DNA from: an uncultured Pseudomonadota bacterium
GTDB lineage: Bacteria > Pseudomonadota > Alphaproteobacteria > Rs-D84
Reading direction: 5' to 3'
Assembly: GCA_949290785.1 (NCBI GenBank)
Contig: CASETE010000023.1
Coordinates: 10,537 to 74,536, forward strand
DNA: 64,000 nucleotides
The notes below the pieces were generated by a model, which searched no databases, had not been told where the DNA came from, and saw nothing but the letters and a program-made list of their open reading frames with translations. How positions within the stretch are numbered: position 1 is the stretch's first letter; every line of letters starts with the position of its first letter. This document shows, in pieces, positions 55,499-64,000 of this stretch. The position numbers and the translations under genes were made by a program.

Positions 55499-56056
55499 TT
55501 ATTTACCACCCTTTTCTTTTGATTTTGATTTTACCTGTTCCACGCAACGACGTCTGGCCAAATACCAATTCAATATAAATAAACCAACGCCAATTACTAT
55601 GCACATATCCGCAACGTTAAACGCAGGCCAATGCCAACCGCCAACGTGAAAATCTAAAAAGTCAATCACCGCACCAAATCTTACCCGGTCAATCAAATTT
55701 CCCAATGCACCGCCAACTATTAACGCCAAAGGAACCCTTTCATAAGACTTTGCACGCGCAAACAAATAATAAACGATAACGCCGATTATAAACCCGGTTA
55801 TGACGATGATAAGCAACGGTGCCGCTTCGCCAACAGCGCGCAACATTGAAAACGATGCGCCCGGATTCCAAGTAAATACTATATTAAAAAAATCCCCAAC
55901 CTGCGTCATTAAATAAGGTACAGGCACAATCGCCCACGCAGACCCGAATGCTGGAACAGAACCCGTTATCAAATACAGCAGAATATCTTTTGTTAACTGA
56001 TCCAATAATATAATGCCTAGTATTATCGCACAATATTTTAATATCTTATTTTTCAT
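55499..56056 (-). CDS. lspA: Lipoprotein signal peptidase II
   Basis: DQLTK, N.GASFS, GGALGNLIDR, VIDF, FNVAD. Confidence 0.95.
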   Translation of the reverse strand: MKNKILKYCAIILGIILLDQLTKDILLYLITGSVPAFGSAWAIVPVPYLMTQVGDFFNIVFTWNPGASFSMLRAVGEAAPLLIIVITGFIIGVIVYYLFARAKSYERVPLALIVGGALGNLIDRVRFGAVIDFLDFHVGGWHWPAFNVADMCIVIGVGLFILNWYLARRRCVEQVKSKSKEKGGK

Positions 56057-56109
56057 ATTTTTCCCCTGTTTCACGAAATATAACAATACAATGAAATAAA
56101 AGCAAATAT

Positions 56110-56130
56110 AAAAAGTCCCCAAACGGGGAC
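56110..56130 (-). terminator. Terminator after the CPA2 antiporter
   Basis: Minus strand GTCCCC-GTTT-GGGGAC followed by TTTTT. Confidence 0.7.
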
Positions 56131-56133
56131 AAA

Positions 56134-57840
56134 TCATTGTGCGTCAGACACCGGATTATCAACCATAGAATAATTATTAGAACGCATTTCGTCCAATAAA
56201 TTTTCTATTTTGTTTTCCGATATTCCAAGATGCGACAGAACGCCATATCCCAAGAAGAACGATGATTCTATTGTTTCAGGTTGCGCTTCTATGACGCCTT
56301 CCTTTAATAAAACTTTAGAATCAGCCAAATTGCGCGCGCGCGCGAATATCTTTACCCTGGGGGCGATACTTCTGACGGTTAGCACTGTATTTCGCGTAGT
56401 AGTCGCGTTATCCAGCGCAATAACAACCGCCCTTGTATGACGTGGCTGCAAACCCAAATCGCGCAAAACAGTCGCATTACGAGTATCACCATATACCACA
56501 TTAAAACCACGTTCCCGACCTAACATCACAGCGTTTACATCTGTATCTATGGCAACGTAAGATATTTTTTCGGCCGTTAACATCTGCGCAACTATTTGCC
56601 CAACACGACCAAAACCGCAAATGACAACCGCAGGCTTTTGTTCCGAAGAATTTTTCCCGCGAACAGAACGCGGTTGCTTTGCCAAATATTTGCCAGAACG
56701 GCGCAACTTGTCGTACACAGCCAATAAAATAGGCGTCATCATAATAGATATTATTATAATAGCCGTAACAATTTCTTGGTGCATTTCCGGCAAAGCGTCT
56801 ATCCCCGACGTTTTCATGGTCTGCAACATTAGTAATCCAAATTCACCACCTTGGGATAACAACAAAGCAATGGTCACAGCGTCTGATGTTTCAACGTTGC
56901 GAACGCGCGCAACCATAAATATCGCCCAAAACTTTATTACAATCAAACCTATTACACCACCCAGCACTACATACCAATACTGTCCCAAGAAATGTAAATT
57001 TAACCCCATACCTAACGCAATGAAAAAGAACGCCAAGAACAGCATAGAATACGGTGAAATTTCCGCGCTAATCTGATGACGGTATATTGTTTCAGACAGC
57101 AACATTCCCGCCAAAAACGCCCCTAAACCAACAGGTAAGCCGATTAAGTCCATAACTATTGCCCATGCAACTATATTTAACATGATGGCTAATAAAAAAA
57201 CCTCTTTGGATTTTATCCGGGCAACCAGTTTCATCAACGGATTCAATATAAAACGACCGACAATCACAACACCAATAATTAACGCAACAGACAATACAAA
57301 TACGTCTATGGCTGTTGCACCTAAGTTAAAACTTTTACCCGCAAATACAGGCAACATAGCCAATAACGGAATAGACAATAAATCTTGGAATAATAAAATA
57401 GAAAATGTCTGATGCCCCATATCTGTATTTAACTGATTTCTGTCAATCAACAGTTGCATGTCTTCGGACGTACTGGACATTGCTAACAACAAAGATACCA
57501 TTATGCAACCCATTATCGTCCAAGACGTCACACCAAATAAAATCGGAAACATCATTACAGCAACCATTAAAACCTGGGCGGCGCCAAAACCAAATATTGT
57601 ACGTCTCATATTCCACAGACGCTTCATATTTATTTCCAACCCCAATGTAAACCACAAAAACAATATTCCTAAATCACCCAAGAACGTCCAAGTATCTGTT
57701 AACTGAAACAGATTTAATACGTATGGTCCAGAAATAATGCCCGCCAATAAAAAAGCAACCAAAGCCCCAATACGCGCAACACGTAAAACACACATCAAAA
57801 CAAACAGTATTGCAAAAAATATTAAAATTGCGACTGACAT
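56134..57840 (-). CDS. CPA2 (KefB/KefC-like) cation:proton antiporter with TrkA-N domain
   Basis: F.LGLE, LLFQDL, GAFLAG, QGGEFG, GFGRVGQ, YGD. Confidence 0.92.
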   Translation of the reverse strand: MSVAILIFFAILFVLMCVLRVARIGALVAFLLAGIISGPYVLNLFQLTDTWTFLGDLGILFLWFTLGLEINMKRLWNMRRTIFGFGAAQVLMVAVMMFPILFGVTSWTIMGCIMVSLLLAMSSTSEDMQLLIDRNQLNTDMGHQTFSILLFQDLLSIPLLAMLPVFAGKSFNLGATAIDVFVLSVALIIGVVIVGRFILNPLMKLVARIKSKEVFLLAIMLNIVAWAIVMDLIGLPVGLGAFLAGMLLSETIYRHQISAEISPYSMLFLAFFFIALGMGLNLHFLGQYWYVVLGGVIGLIVIKFWAIFMVARVRNVETSDAVTIALLLSQGGEFGLLMLQTMKTSGIDALPEMHQEIVTAIIIISIMMTPILLAVYDKLRRSGKYLAKQPRSVRGKNSSEQKPAVVICGFGRVGQIVAQMLTAEKISYVAIDTDVNAVMLGRERGFNVVYGDTRNATVLRDLGLQPRHTRAVVIALDNATTTRNTVLTVRSIAPRVKIFARARNLADSKVLLKEGVIEAQPETIESSFFLGYGVLSHLGISENKIENLLDEMRSNNYSMVDNPVSDAQ

Positions 57841-57874
57841 TCTGCTCTCTCTCCGTTATTTAAACTTTAACTTA

Positions 57875-58702
57875 TTATACCAAAATTTTTGCCATTTGTG
57901 CAAACGTTTCCGGTGATAATTCTTCTGCTCTTTCCGTTCCCGTCAAACCAAATTGCGACCATTCAATGCCTGGCATTATACCGCGTATCATCTTGCGCCG
58001 CTGCCCAAAAAGTTTAGCGGTCATTGCACCCAGACCCCTAACGTCACCAAGTTTTTTTATCTTTGATACGTTCGGCAATACTTGTATGACTGCACTTTGT
58101 ACCTTTGGACGCGGTACAAACGCAGTATTAGGTACATCAAACAAAATTTTTGCGTCTGAAATTAAACTCGTCAACACACTTAAACGACCGTATTGCTTAT
58201 CTCCCGGCTTTGCTGTTATACGTTGTGCAACTTCGCGCTGGAACATTAATGTCATTGATTTAATGGGCTCTCCTTGCGCCATGCGCAATAACCAATTTAT
58301 AAATAATTCCGTTCCAACGTTATAAGGTAAATTAGAACATATTGCATAATCCGTTATACCAAGTTTTGTAAAATCTACCTTTAATGCATCCGCATAAATT
58401 ACACTTAAACGACCGTCTGCACTGTCCGCAATTTTTGATAATATAGGTTCAGTTGTTTTATCCTTTTCAATAGCGATAACACGCATAGCCCCCGCCATCA
58501 ATAACGCACGCGTTAAACCGCCAGGGCCCGGACCTATTTCTACAACGTTTGTAGTGGTTATATCTGGAACGCTTCTTGCTATGCGGCCGGTTAAATTCAA
58601 ATCAAATAAAAAATTTTGACCGAATTGTTTCTTGGGTTCTAGGCCGGCATTACGCATCATATCCGATACGGGCGGTAAAGATTGCAACATTTCTTCACTC
58701 AT
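57875..58702 (-). CDS. rsmA: 16S rRNA dimethyltransferase RsmA/KsgA
   Basis: GQNFL, EIGPGPGGLT, NLPYN, MFQREVA.R, F.PRPKV.S. Confidence 0.97.
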   Translation of the reverse strand: MSEEMLQSLPPVSDMMRNAGLEPKKQFGQNFLFDLNLTGRIARSVPDITTTNVVEIGPGPGGLTRALLMAGAMRVIAIEKDKTTEPILSKIADSADGRLSVIYADALKVDFTKLGITDYAICSNLPYNVGTELFINWLLRMAQGEPIKSMTLMFQREVAQRITAKPGDKQYGRLSVLTSLISDAKILFDVPNTAFVPRPKVQSAVIQVLPNVSKIKKLGDVRGLGAMTAKLFGQRRKMIRGIMPGIEWSQFGLTGTERAEELSPETFAQMAKILV

Positions 58703-59295
58703 AAATCCTTGCGACCCCCAAAAGCCAACGTTAACGTACCATCATCTAGATAATCTAAATCCCCACCCAAAGGCACGCCCGACGCCAATTCTGTGAAACG
58801 AACGTCACATGCCCCAATAACCGATATGACATAGTGCTGCGTGGTTTTTCCTTCTACCGTATTAGGTAACGCAAAAATTACCTCTGTAATATTTTCTTTT
58901 TTTATTCTTTCCGCCAACCCAGATATATTCAAATCTTCCGGCGTCATACCCGCAACCCCAGACAACAATCCACCTAATATATGATAACGTCCATGAAAAA
59001 CAGCCGACTTCTCCAACACCCACACATCAGACAATTCACGCACAACACATAACTGACCATTAGCCCGCGCAGAATCACGACAAAACTCGCATATACCGAC
59101 GTCTACATCTGTTAACACGCCACATACTGTACACGGTTTTATAGAACTGGACGCATCAATCAAAGCGTTCGCTAAATTTATCGCCCGACCCGTTTTATCT
59201 TGCAATAACGACAAAACTATACGTTGCGCCGCCCGCGAGCCTAAACGCGGTAACTTTGCGAATTGTTTTATAAGTTTTTCTATCTTTGAATTCAT
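58699..59295 (-). CDS. recR: Recombination mediator RecR
   Basis: LP.LG.R.A.R HhH, C4 zinc finger, YHILGG, TVEG..T, G.P.GGDLDYLD. Confidence 0.95.
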   Translation of the reverse strand: MNSKIEKLIKQFAKLPRLGSRAAQRIVLSLLQDKTGRAINLANALIDASSSIKPCTVCGVLTDVDVGICEFCRDSARANGQLCVVRELSDVWVLEKSAVFHGRYHILGGLLSGVAGMTPEDLNISGLAERIKKENITEVIFALPNTVEGKTTQHYVISVIGACDVRFTELASGVPLGGDLDYLDDGTLTLAFGGRKDL

Positions 59296-59304
59296 AAGTA
59301 TTAC

Positions 59305-60492
59305 CTAGTGAAATATATAACAATCAATTCCGGCGTTGTCTGCCCTGCTTTTTACGTTTTGCGCAGAACTGTCCGATAAGCCATTTGCACGAACACGATA
59401 CATTCCGTTTGGCGCATCTTCAATTACCGTGCTGATGCCCAGTTTATTCTTAACAAGGCTGACCTGTTTTTGTGCGGCGCTGCGCGAAGAAAAAGCACCA
59501 AACTGTACCCCTGCCCCACCGGCAGTTAATTTATTTTCAGTTTTTTTCACGGCGTAATTATCAGTACTTTTATGTTGCGACGCACCAGTTGTAGCAGCGT
59601 TATATGCAGCCCTGAAAGTCGGCGCTGAATAATCAGCTGAATAATCAACAGTTTGCGCAGGCGCATAATAAGTCTGTGACATAGAAGGCACCTCGCCGCT
59701 ATCAACCATAGCAAAACCCTTATTTAACAGTTTTGCCGCAGTATTTGCACGAACATCTTTGTTTTCAGCGCCTAAAACGACAGATATTAAATGATGATTA
59801 TCACGTTTAGCCGTTGCAACCAACGAATAGCGCGATTTGTTAGTATACCCTGTTTTCATACCATCACACCCAGGATAAGTCCCCAGCAATCTGTTACCGT
59901 TAGTATAAGTTTTACCGTTATAAGTCCACGTTTTGATACTGAAATACTTCCAATATTGAGGGAAATGCTTATAAATTGCCATGGACAATAGCGCTATGTC
60001 ACGCGCAGTAGATAATTGGTCATCGTTCGGCAACCCAGACGAATTTTCAAAATTAGTCCCAGACAACCCAATTTCATTTGCCACGCGCGTCATTAGTTCT
60101 GCAAAATTACCCTCTTTCCCACCTTTCAAATTTTCTGCCAACACGCGCGCGACATCATTAGCACTTAACACCGTAAGCGCTTTTATCGCATCTTCTACTT
60201 TTATTTTACTGCCGGCAGACACCCCAAGTTTGACAGGTGACGCAGCCGCCGCAGATTGCGAAACAATCAAATAATCGTCTAAATGCAAACGTCCGTGTTC
60301 CAACGCATCAAACGTTAAATACAACGTCATAATCTTAGTCAAACTGGCAGGATAATTTTGAACGCTTGCGTTTTCCTGATAAAGTATTCGCCCGCTATCC
60401 ATATCTGCAACCAAAGCGGCCTTGTACTGCGCCGCAAAAGCAGTGCCACACATAAAATATGTAACAAGAAAAATCCCAACCAACCTTTTCAT
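59305..60492 (-). CDS. D-alanyl-D-alanine carboxypeptidase (S11) with C-terminal SPOR domain
   Basis: PASLTK, SAND, KTGY; VQFGAFS...YRVR. Confidence 0.92.
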   Translation of the reverse strand: MKRLVGIFLVTYFMCGTAFAAQYKAALVADMDSGRILYQENASVQNYPASLTKIMTLYLTFDALEHGRLHLDDYLIVSQSAAAASPVKLGVSAGSKIKVEDAIKALTVLSANDVARVLAENLKGGKEGNFAELMTRVANEIGLSGTNFENSSGLPNDDQLSTARDIALLSMAIYKHFPQYWKYFSIKTWTYNGKTYTNGNRLLGTYPGCDGMKTGYTNKSRYSLVATAKRDNHHLISVVLGAENKDVRANTAAKLLNKGFAMVDSGEVPSMSQTYYAPAQTVDYSADYSAPTFRAAYNAATTGASQHKSTDNYAVKKTENKLTAGGAGVQFGAFSSRSAAQKQVSLVKNKLGISTVIEDAPNGMYRVRANGLSDSSAQNVKSRADNAGIDCYIFH

Positions 60493-60518
60493 TTCAACAA
60501 AGATTGTAATAAAAAAAC

Positions 60519-60551
60519 ATAACGGCGGTCAATACTTTTCCCGCCGTTATT
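60519..60551. terminator. Hairpin after pyk
   Basis: ATAACGGCGG-N-CCGCCGTTAT with a minus-strand T tract. Confidence 0.6.
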
Positions 60552-60565
60552 AATATTATTTTTTA

Positions 60566-61936
60566 TTAATCAAGTGTTCGTAAACTAATTTTATCTTCAT
60601 CAACTATGACCAACTTCCCTTCTTCTACACCGAATTTCCGAGCAGAATTAAAAGCATCACGTTGCCCAAATAAATCCTCGTCATAAATCGGGAAAATTCC
60701 ACGCGCTAAACATAGTTGATTTGCAATCAAACGGTCCCTACAAACGGCAATAATTGGAATATCTGGTTTGCGACAAGATATTTGAGTTGCCGTTATGGTA
60801 TCACGCGCAAAAACAACTATCGCTGACGCCTTATTTAAATAAGCCATGGACGCAACGCTTCGTGACCAGTCATTTTCCGGAACGTTTTCAACGCGTGACC
60901 AATCGTATGGATTGGCAATCGCATCACTGTCTGCATAAGATAAAATCTTTGTCATCGTTTCAATGACGTTCACAGGATTGATTCCAATAGTCGTTTCTTC
61001 GGACGTCATAGTAGAATCCGCACGCAAATAAGCAGTATTTGCAACATCGGTAATTTCTGCACGCGTTGGGAATTCACTATTTACCATCGTCCCTAACATT
61101 TGCGTCGCCATAATAACAGGCTTGTTCATTTTACGACATTCACGAATTATATGACGCGAAATCGCAGGCAGTTTTTCAAACGGAACTTCTACCGCCAGGT
61201 CCCCGCGTGCAATCATTATACCGTCTGAAACCATTGCGATTTCTGTAATTCTTTCAACCGCGTTTGGTCGCTCTATCTTTGCAATGATTTTGACAGGATA
61301 TGATGTACGCGCCGTAATAAAATCGCGAACCTCGGCTATATCTTCCAGCTTCTGCACAAAAGAAATTGCAACCCAATCAGGATTCTTGGTCAATGCGTAT
61401 TCTAAATCCGCCCTGTCTTTGTCTGTCAAAACAGACGTTGCAATTTCTGTATCAGGCAAATTAAAACCACGTCTGGACCAAATTTCCGTACCGCGCAAAA
61501 CCGTCGTCTCTATTTTATCTTCCGCAACGGCATCCACGCGCATTTCAATTTTCCCATCGTTCAGCAGTATTCTGTCGCCAAGTTTTAAAGACGCAAAAAC
61601 ATCCTTGTCTGGTAACTGTACGCGCGATGAATTCCCAGGCTTTTCATCCTTATCAAAAATAAATTTTTGACCGGGTTGTAAAGGAAATTTTTCTTCGGTT
61701 TCGAAATTACCGATACGATGCTTGGGCCCCTGTAAATCTATCATTACTGCAACAGGTATATTTAATCGTTCGGAAATCTGGCGAATTAAATCAATTTTCT
61801 TGCCTTGGACATCACCCGTATCGTGACTGAAATTCAACCTGCATACATTAACGCCTGATTGAATCATTTTCGTCAACGTCTGTTCATCTTCACATTTTGG
61901 CCCGATAGATGCCGTAATTTTTGTAAATCTATTCAT
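60566..61936 (-). CDS. pyk: Pyruvate kinase
   Basis: RLNFSH, DLQGPK, AKIE, MIARGDL, ATQML, PTRAE. Confidence 0.96.
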   Translation of the reverse strand: MNRFTKITASIGPKCEDEQTLTKMIQSGVNVCRLNFSHDTGDVQGKKIDLIRQISERLNIPVAVMIDLQGPKHRIGNFETEEKFPLQPGQKFIFDKDEKPGNSSRVQLPDKDVFASLKLGDRILLNDGKIEMRVDAVAEDKIETTVLRGTEIWSRRGFNLPDTEIATSVLTDKDRADLEYALTKNPDWVAISFVQKLEDIAEVRDFITARTSYPVKIIAKIERPNAVERITEIAMVSDGIMIARGDLAVEVPFEKLPAISRHIIRECRKMNKPVIMATQMLGTMVNSEFPTRAEITDVANTAYLRADSTMTSEETTIGINPVNVIETMTKILSYADSDAIANPYDWSRVENVPENDWSRSVASMAYLNKASAIVVFARDTITATQISCRKPDIPIIAVCRDRLIANQLCLARGIFPIYDEDLFGQRDAFNSARKFGVEEGKLVIVDEDKISLRTLD

Positions 61937-62028
61937 TTTTCCTCACTTAATTTTAAACTTTGTTTTTCTTGCATTTTTCGTTTTATTGTATATCATAAGA
62001 CTCATAAAAAGACAAGGGGAAATCTGCA

Positions 62029-62277
62029 ATGAAAGAAGCAAATCACGGTGCAATTGACAACCAACAGTTGTTAAGCATAATTGAAAGAATTGAAAAGTTA
62101 AACGAAGAAACTGCCGCAATTGCCGCAGACATCAAAGAAATTTATAGCGAGGCTAAATCAGCCGGCTTTGACCCGAAATATATTCGTCAGATGATAAGAT
62201 TACGTAAAATGGACCCTGATGAATTAGATGAAGCCGATGAATTGACACAAATGTATCGCAATGCATTGGGTTTGTAA
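62029..62277 (+). CDS. gapR: GapR/DUF2312 nucleoid-associated protein
   Basis: L.SIIERIEKL.EE...DIKE.Y.EAK..GFD.K...IRLRK...Y..ALG. Confidence 0.9.
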   Translation: MKEANHGAIDNQQLLSIIERIEKLNEETAAIAADIKEIYSEAKSAGFDPKYIRQMIRLRKMDPDELDEADELTQMYRNALGL

Positions 62278-62591
62278 TGAAAAAATTCACAAAAAAGATA
62301 GAAGATTTTAACTGCGCCCATTGTGGCGCAGTTGTTCGTGGAAATGGTTATACCAACCATTGTCCGCAATGTTTATGGTCGCGCCACGTCGACAACAACC
62401 CCGGCGATAGGGCTTCAAGTTGTGGCGGAATGATGCGCCCTATTTCTGCCGAAAAAGACGGCGAAGGTTTTATAATTACTCATAAATGTGAACTTTGTGG
62501 AAAAGAAAAGCGTCAACGCACATCTGACCAAGATAACGTTGACGCATTAATTAAAATAATGTCAAATTCAGACTTTATTTTTGGCGCATAG
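62277..62591 (+). CDS. RNHCP-domain zinc-ribbon protein
   Basis: F.C.HCG, TNHCP.CL.S.HVD..PGDR...CGG.M; TAATG overlap with gapR. Confidence 0.88.
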   Translation: MKKFTKKIEDFNCAHCGAVVRGNGYTNHCPQCLWSRHVDNNPGDRASSCGGMMRPISAEKDGEGFIITHKCELCGKEKRQRTSDQDNVDALIKIMSNSDFIFGA

Positions 62592-64000
62592 ACTATTCTT
62601 TACGGCCGCCGCAATAAAAGCATTAAACATCGGATGCCCTTTGTACGGACTGGATTGAAATTCCGGATGAAATTGTCCTGCAATAAAGAACGGATGATTT
62701 TTTAATTCTACGATTTCCGGTAAACGACCGTCTGGACTTAAGCCAGAAATAATCATACCACATTTTTCAAACTCGTCGGACAAACTGACATCCATTTCAT
62801 ATCTATGTCTGTGCCTTTCGGATATCTGTTGCGTACCATAGATTTTCTCTGCCAAAGTTCCCGGTTTTATCATACACGGATATGCTCCAAGACGTAACGT
62901 CCCCCCCATATCAGCAGAATCGTGATCTGCCATTATATTTATGACAGGCGTACAAGCCTTGCCGAATTCCGCAGAACCCGCATCTGATATACCAACCACA
63001 TTCCTTGCAAAATCAATTACCGCAACCTGCATTCCTAAACATATGCCCATATAAGGAACGCATTTCTCACGCGCATAGGTTGCAGCGGCTATTTTTCCTT
63101 CTATACCGCGCGTACCAAATCCACCGGGGACTAAAATACCATCTACACCACTCAAGGCGTCTGGATTAAACTGCTCGGCATTAATTTTATGAATTTTTAC
63201 ATGCACGTTATTTTGAATTCCCGCATGAAATAAAGCCTCGTTCAGAGATTTATATGCATCTGGTACATCAAAGTACTTGCCAACAACACCGATATTTACA
63301 ACCGGCAAATCCGCTGATAAATAATTTTCTATTTTATGAAATTTATCCATATTTCCCGTCGCGTTTGGCAATCCAAAATGCTGGGCCATTATATCAAATA
63401 CATGTTGCGCCTCGTAAGCTAATGGAATCTTATATATATTATCAACATCTATGCCGCTGATTACATTTTTCGCAGGTAAATTACAAAACATACCTATCTT
63501 TGCCTTTTCGTCGGCAGTCAGCATTCTGGGCGTACGAACAATCAACATATCCGCCTGAATCCCGTTTTCTAACAACTCGCGCACGGACATTTGCGTAGGT
63601 TTGGTTTTTAATTCTCCACTTGTTTCTAAATAAGGCGCTAACGTTAAATGTATAAACATTACATTTTGCCGTCCAACATCGTTTGCAAACTGACGAATGG
63701 ATTCAAGAAATATTTTTCCTTCTATGTCACCAACTGTCCCGCCTACTTCACAAACCACAAAGTCAGTATCTGTATTCGCGCCAATATACTCTTTCAGTTT
63801 GTTGCTGACATGCGGTATCATCTGGACAGTTGCACCAAGATAATCACCGCGTCTTTCTGCATTTAATACGTCCCAATAAATACGTCCGCCCGACACAGAA
63901 TCATTCCTGGACATCTGAATGCCAAGAAACCTTTCATAATAACCCAAATCCAAATCCGTTTCAAAACCGTCGTTTGTAACGTAAACCTCGCCGTGCTGAA
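62568..64000 (-). CDS. pyrG: CTP synthase (5' part outside the window)
   Basis: HGEVYVT.DG.ETDLDLG.YERF, EVGGTVGDIE, VPGGFG, GICLGMQ, ERHRHRYE, QFHPEF. Confidence 0.97.
   Translation of the reverse strand, partial: QHGEVYVTNDGFETDLDLGYYERFLGIQMSRNDSVSGGRIYWDVLNAERRGDYLGATVQMIPHVSNKLKEYIGANTDTDFVVCEVGGTVGDIEGKIFLESIRQFANDVGRQNVMFIHLTLAPYLETSGELKTKPTQMSVRELLENGIQADMLIVRTPRMLTADEKAKIGMFCNLPAKNVISGIDVDNIYKIPLAYEAQHVFDIMAQHFGLPNATGNMDKFHKIENYLSADLPVVNIGVVGKYFDVPDAYKSLNEALFHAGIQNNVHVKIHKINAEQFNPDALSGVDGILVPGGFGTRGIEGKIAAATYAREKCVPYMGICLGMQVAVIDFARNVVGISDAGSAEFGKACTPVINIMADHDSADMGGTLRLGAYPCMIKPGTLAEKIYGTQQISERHRHRYEMDVSLSDEFEKCGMIISGLSPDGRLPEIVELKNHPFFIAGQFHPEFQSSPYKGHPMFNAFIAAAVKNSLCAKNKV

Noticed and set aside
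1-64000. Full UGA-to-Trp recoding
   Set aside because: All conserved genes translate intact in code 11, and TGA occurs in normal stop/start overlaps (TGATG, ATGA)
1-64000. CRISPR array, IS elements, rRNA
   Set aside because: No regularly spaced repeats, transposase ORFs or rRNA signatures seen by eye; short degenerate repeats could have been missed

Overview
Gene-dense chromosomal segment of an alphaproteobacterium, inferred from GapR/DUF2312, olsBA, rpmF-plsX, fabH-ihfA and an alpha-type L10 leader. It looks like a streamlined, fermentative (ldh, pyk) host-associated lineage; the protein style recalls uncultured gut Rs-D84/'Enterousia'-like genomes, but that is inference. Core content is the tRNA-Trp-secE-nusG-rplKAJL-rpoBC cluster, proS, hemW, yidC, lspA, rsmA, recR and partial pyrG. 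Accessory content is an AT-rich glycosyltransferase/methyltransferase cluster, a Pmp-like autotransporter, a Pom/omptin-like beta-barrel and a 26-Cys exported protein. Best leads: (1) a stand-alone virB8-virB9-virB10 type IV secretion core with no mobility genes, in which VirB9 carries a C-terminal SPOR-like domain and VirB10 has Ig-like and Cys-rich additions; (2) intact orphan phage-type genes scattered among housekeeping genes, one behind a promoter-then-terminator leader and one pair behind a CtrA-like/GANTC promoter, suggesting a dispersed GTA-like system; (3) a tRNA-Trp(CCA) with both A24 and an unpaired 27-43 position; (4) an unusual RpoB rifampicin pocket (R529L). All family calls come from manual motif recognition; no database searches were run. 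No CRISPR array, rRNA, transposase, integrase or reverse transcriptase was seen.
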